In this document: one piece after another, positions 35,721-36,980 of the stretch
Layout: each line of letters begins with the position of its first letter
How positions within the stretch are numbered: position 1 is the stretch's first letter
Assembly (NCBI GenBank): GCA_913030785.1
Contig: CAJWER010000002.1
Coordinates: 1-36,980, forward strand
Direction: 5' to 3'
Source of the DNA: an uncultured Chloroflexota bacterium
GTDB lineage: Bacteria; Chloroflexota; Dehalococcoidia; Lucifugimonadales; CAJWER01
Length of the DNA: 36,980 nt
Translations under genes and position numbers: made by a program
Notes under the pieces: generated by a model
Told to the model about the DNA's origin: nothing
Databases searched by the model: none
Seen by the model: the letters and a program-made list of their open reading frames with translations, nothing else

Positions 35721-36515
35721 CTAAACGAAGTGTGCGGTGGCACGACCGAGGCTGCCGAGGTCGATCTCGACCAGGTCGCCCCGTTCCACCCATTTTGTCT
35801 CAACGAGGCTACCGAGTAGAACAAACTCCCCCGCCCGTAAGGACTTGCCGCGTTGCGCCATCAAGTTTGCAAGCCATGCAAGCGCCGAAAGAGGCTGATC
35901 TAGTATCGCCGAGCCCTTGCCGCTGCCCACAAGCTCACCGTTTATCGTCATCGAGCCCTCAACGTCGGACAGATCCAACTCCCGCCAATTCTGCGCATCA
36001 TCGCCAAGAACACAACCGGCGCCGAAAAAATCATCCGCGATCAGGGACGGGGTATCAATCGCCTTGTAGTCGACCCAACGGTCATCGACGATCTCAATTG
36101 CGGGAGTGACTGCCTCAACAGCATCAGCCACGGAAACAGCATCGAAAGGGGCGTCATCAGGAATAAGGTCCGCTCCTAGCCGCACGGCCAGTTCGCACTC
36201 TACACCAGGATGTAGCAGTTCATCAAAGGAAAACACGCCGTCTCGACGACGTTCCGTCGGCTCAAATACCCCCCCGGCGCAGGGAGTGTCGATTCCCAGG
36301 TAGCTCTGCATGATCAGCGTGGTACAGCCTATTTTGTGACCAGACACAGCCCCTGCGCCCGCCTCACTGAGCCGTTCATGGAGCGCATCCTGTACGACAT
36401 AGGCCGAGAGTTCATTCCCAGGGGTGAGCTCCGAACCGAGGCTTTCCAAGCGGACGCGGTCCAGCCTGGCGCTAGCCAGATATCGAGCCGCGGCGTTGGT
36501 GGTTTCTGAATACAT
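35721..36515 (-). CDS. 2-keto-4-pentenoate hydratase / 2-oxohepta-3-ene-1,7-dioate hydratase-like (FAH superfamily)
   Basis: SGHKIGCTT, EIVDDR, and GEFVLLGSL... are typical MhpD/HpcG-type stretches. ATG 36515 follows GGGAG; the ORF opens at 36557. Confidence 0.75.
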   Translation of the reverse strand: MYSETTNAAARYLASARLDRVRLESLGSELTPGNELSAYVVQDALHERLSEAGAGAVSGHKIGCTTLIMQSYLGIDTPCAGGVFEPTERRRDGVFSFDELLHPGVECELAVRLGADLIPDDAPFDAVSVADAVEAVTPAIEIVDDRWVDYKAIDTPSLIADDFFGAGCVLGDDAQNWRELDLSDVEGSMTINGELVGSGKGSAILDQPLSALAWLANLMAQRGKSLRAGEFVLLGSLVETKWVERGDLVEIDLGSLGRATAHFV

Positions 36516-36720
36516 GGCACACTCCCGCGTGGCGTGATCTTCGGCTGGGGATGACATCAGAGGCTACAAGAACCGAAACCCAGCCGACGTGAATCTGGTG
36601 AAGCCATCGATAGGGTCTTGGAGAACAGAAACATGCAAGCAGGAGTGCCACACGGCACGAACGACTCGTTAATTTTTTGGGAACACCACAGAGGCGCTAC
36701 CAATATTGCTCACTCGAATC

Positions 36721-36980
36721 CTATGGACGGCGGCGGATTCTGCGATACCCCGCGATCAAACCTATCGGGCCTAGCAATAGCAGCACATTCATCGCTCCAG
36801 TCCCTGCGGACACGTCCAAGAACGGAACACACGCGAATCCGCCTCCATCTTCTTCTGGCGTGACCGTAGGTGAAGCCTGGATGGCAATCGACGTTGGAGA
36901 CGGAATCTGCGTGGGAATCTGCGTGGGAATCTGCGTGGGAATCTGCGTGGGTATCTCCGTGGGTATCTCCGTGGGTATCT
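36721..36980 (-). CDS. 3' end of a gene running off the window: repeat-rich surface-type protein with tripartite C-terminal anchor/sorting-like signal
   Basis: My own translation of the minus strand: ...IPTEIPTEIPTQIPTQIPTQIPTQIPSPTSIAIQASPTVTPEEDGGGFACVPFLDVSAGTGAMNVLLLLGPIGLIAGYRRIRRRP, with stop TAG at 36721-36723. It is not in the ORF track because no start lies inside the window. Confidence 0.55.
   Translation of the reverse strand, partial: IPTEIPTEIPTQIPTQIPTQIPTQIPSPTSIAIQASPTVTPEEDGGGFACVPFLDVSAGTGAMNVLLLLGPIGLIAGYRRIRRRP
36902..36980. repeat. 12-bp perfect tandem repeat array, two unit variants, continuing beyond the window
   Basis: GGAATCTGCGTG x4 (36902-36949), then GGTATCTCCGTG x2 plus a truncated third copy (36950-36980). 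Confidence 0.9.

Noticed and set aside
36902-36980. Possible CRISPR array because of the regular direct repeats.
   Set aside because: The units are 12 bp and directly abutting with no spacers, they lie inside a coding frame, and there are no cas genes. This is a coding tandem repeat, not CRISPR.

Overview
GC-rich bacterial chromosomal segment with dense coding on both strands. I recognised no rRNA, tRNA, CRISPR array, transposase, integrase or phage gene. The lineage cannot be proven from this window, but a Cheo-type LexA box, an Eis-like GNAT, GlnRS and lone TatA/B/C genes fit a Chloroflexota- or Actinobacteria-like organism.

- **1-13.4 kb, mostly housekeeping:** a truncated recJ, then prfA-prmC, hisS, rel, rpsT, lexA, tatA and the tatB-tatC-maf-rlmD-like block.
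- **13.4-24 kb, mixed metabolism:** lipA, a split D-glutamate-cyclase-like pair (DUF1445 + DUF4392), an orphan SigB/F-type sigma factor, a CehA-like metallohydrolase, an alpha/beta hydrolase, an MDR oxidoreductase, a DHA2 MFS pump, bcp and a small sulfite-oxidase-like Moco protein.
- **24-32.6 kb, the most accessory-looking stretch:** an Eis-like acetyltransferase, two tandem PIG-L/LmbE paralogs with a non-canonical AHPHDF metal motif, a 1217-aa double-FtsX permease with no adjacent ATPase, and a membrane-anchored HExxH protein. I rank this as the best candidate for an undescribed envelope or small-molecule acetylation/deacetylation-export module. That reading is inference only.
- **32.8-37 kb:** glnS, a hydrolase/hydratase pair, and a partial gene running off the right edge. 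That gene carries 12-bp tandem repeats encoding (E/Q)IPT tetrapeptides and a sortase-signal-like C-terminus.

Other oddities are a tail-to-tail junction of two 5' gene fragments at about nt 535-545, two unusually long structured non-coding gaps (9872-10121 and 22874-23361), and a small ORF whose SD/ATG and protein-like frame disagree (34.45-34.67 kb).

All calls come from reading the translations and sequence by eye. No searches or computations were run.
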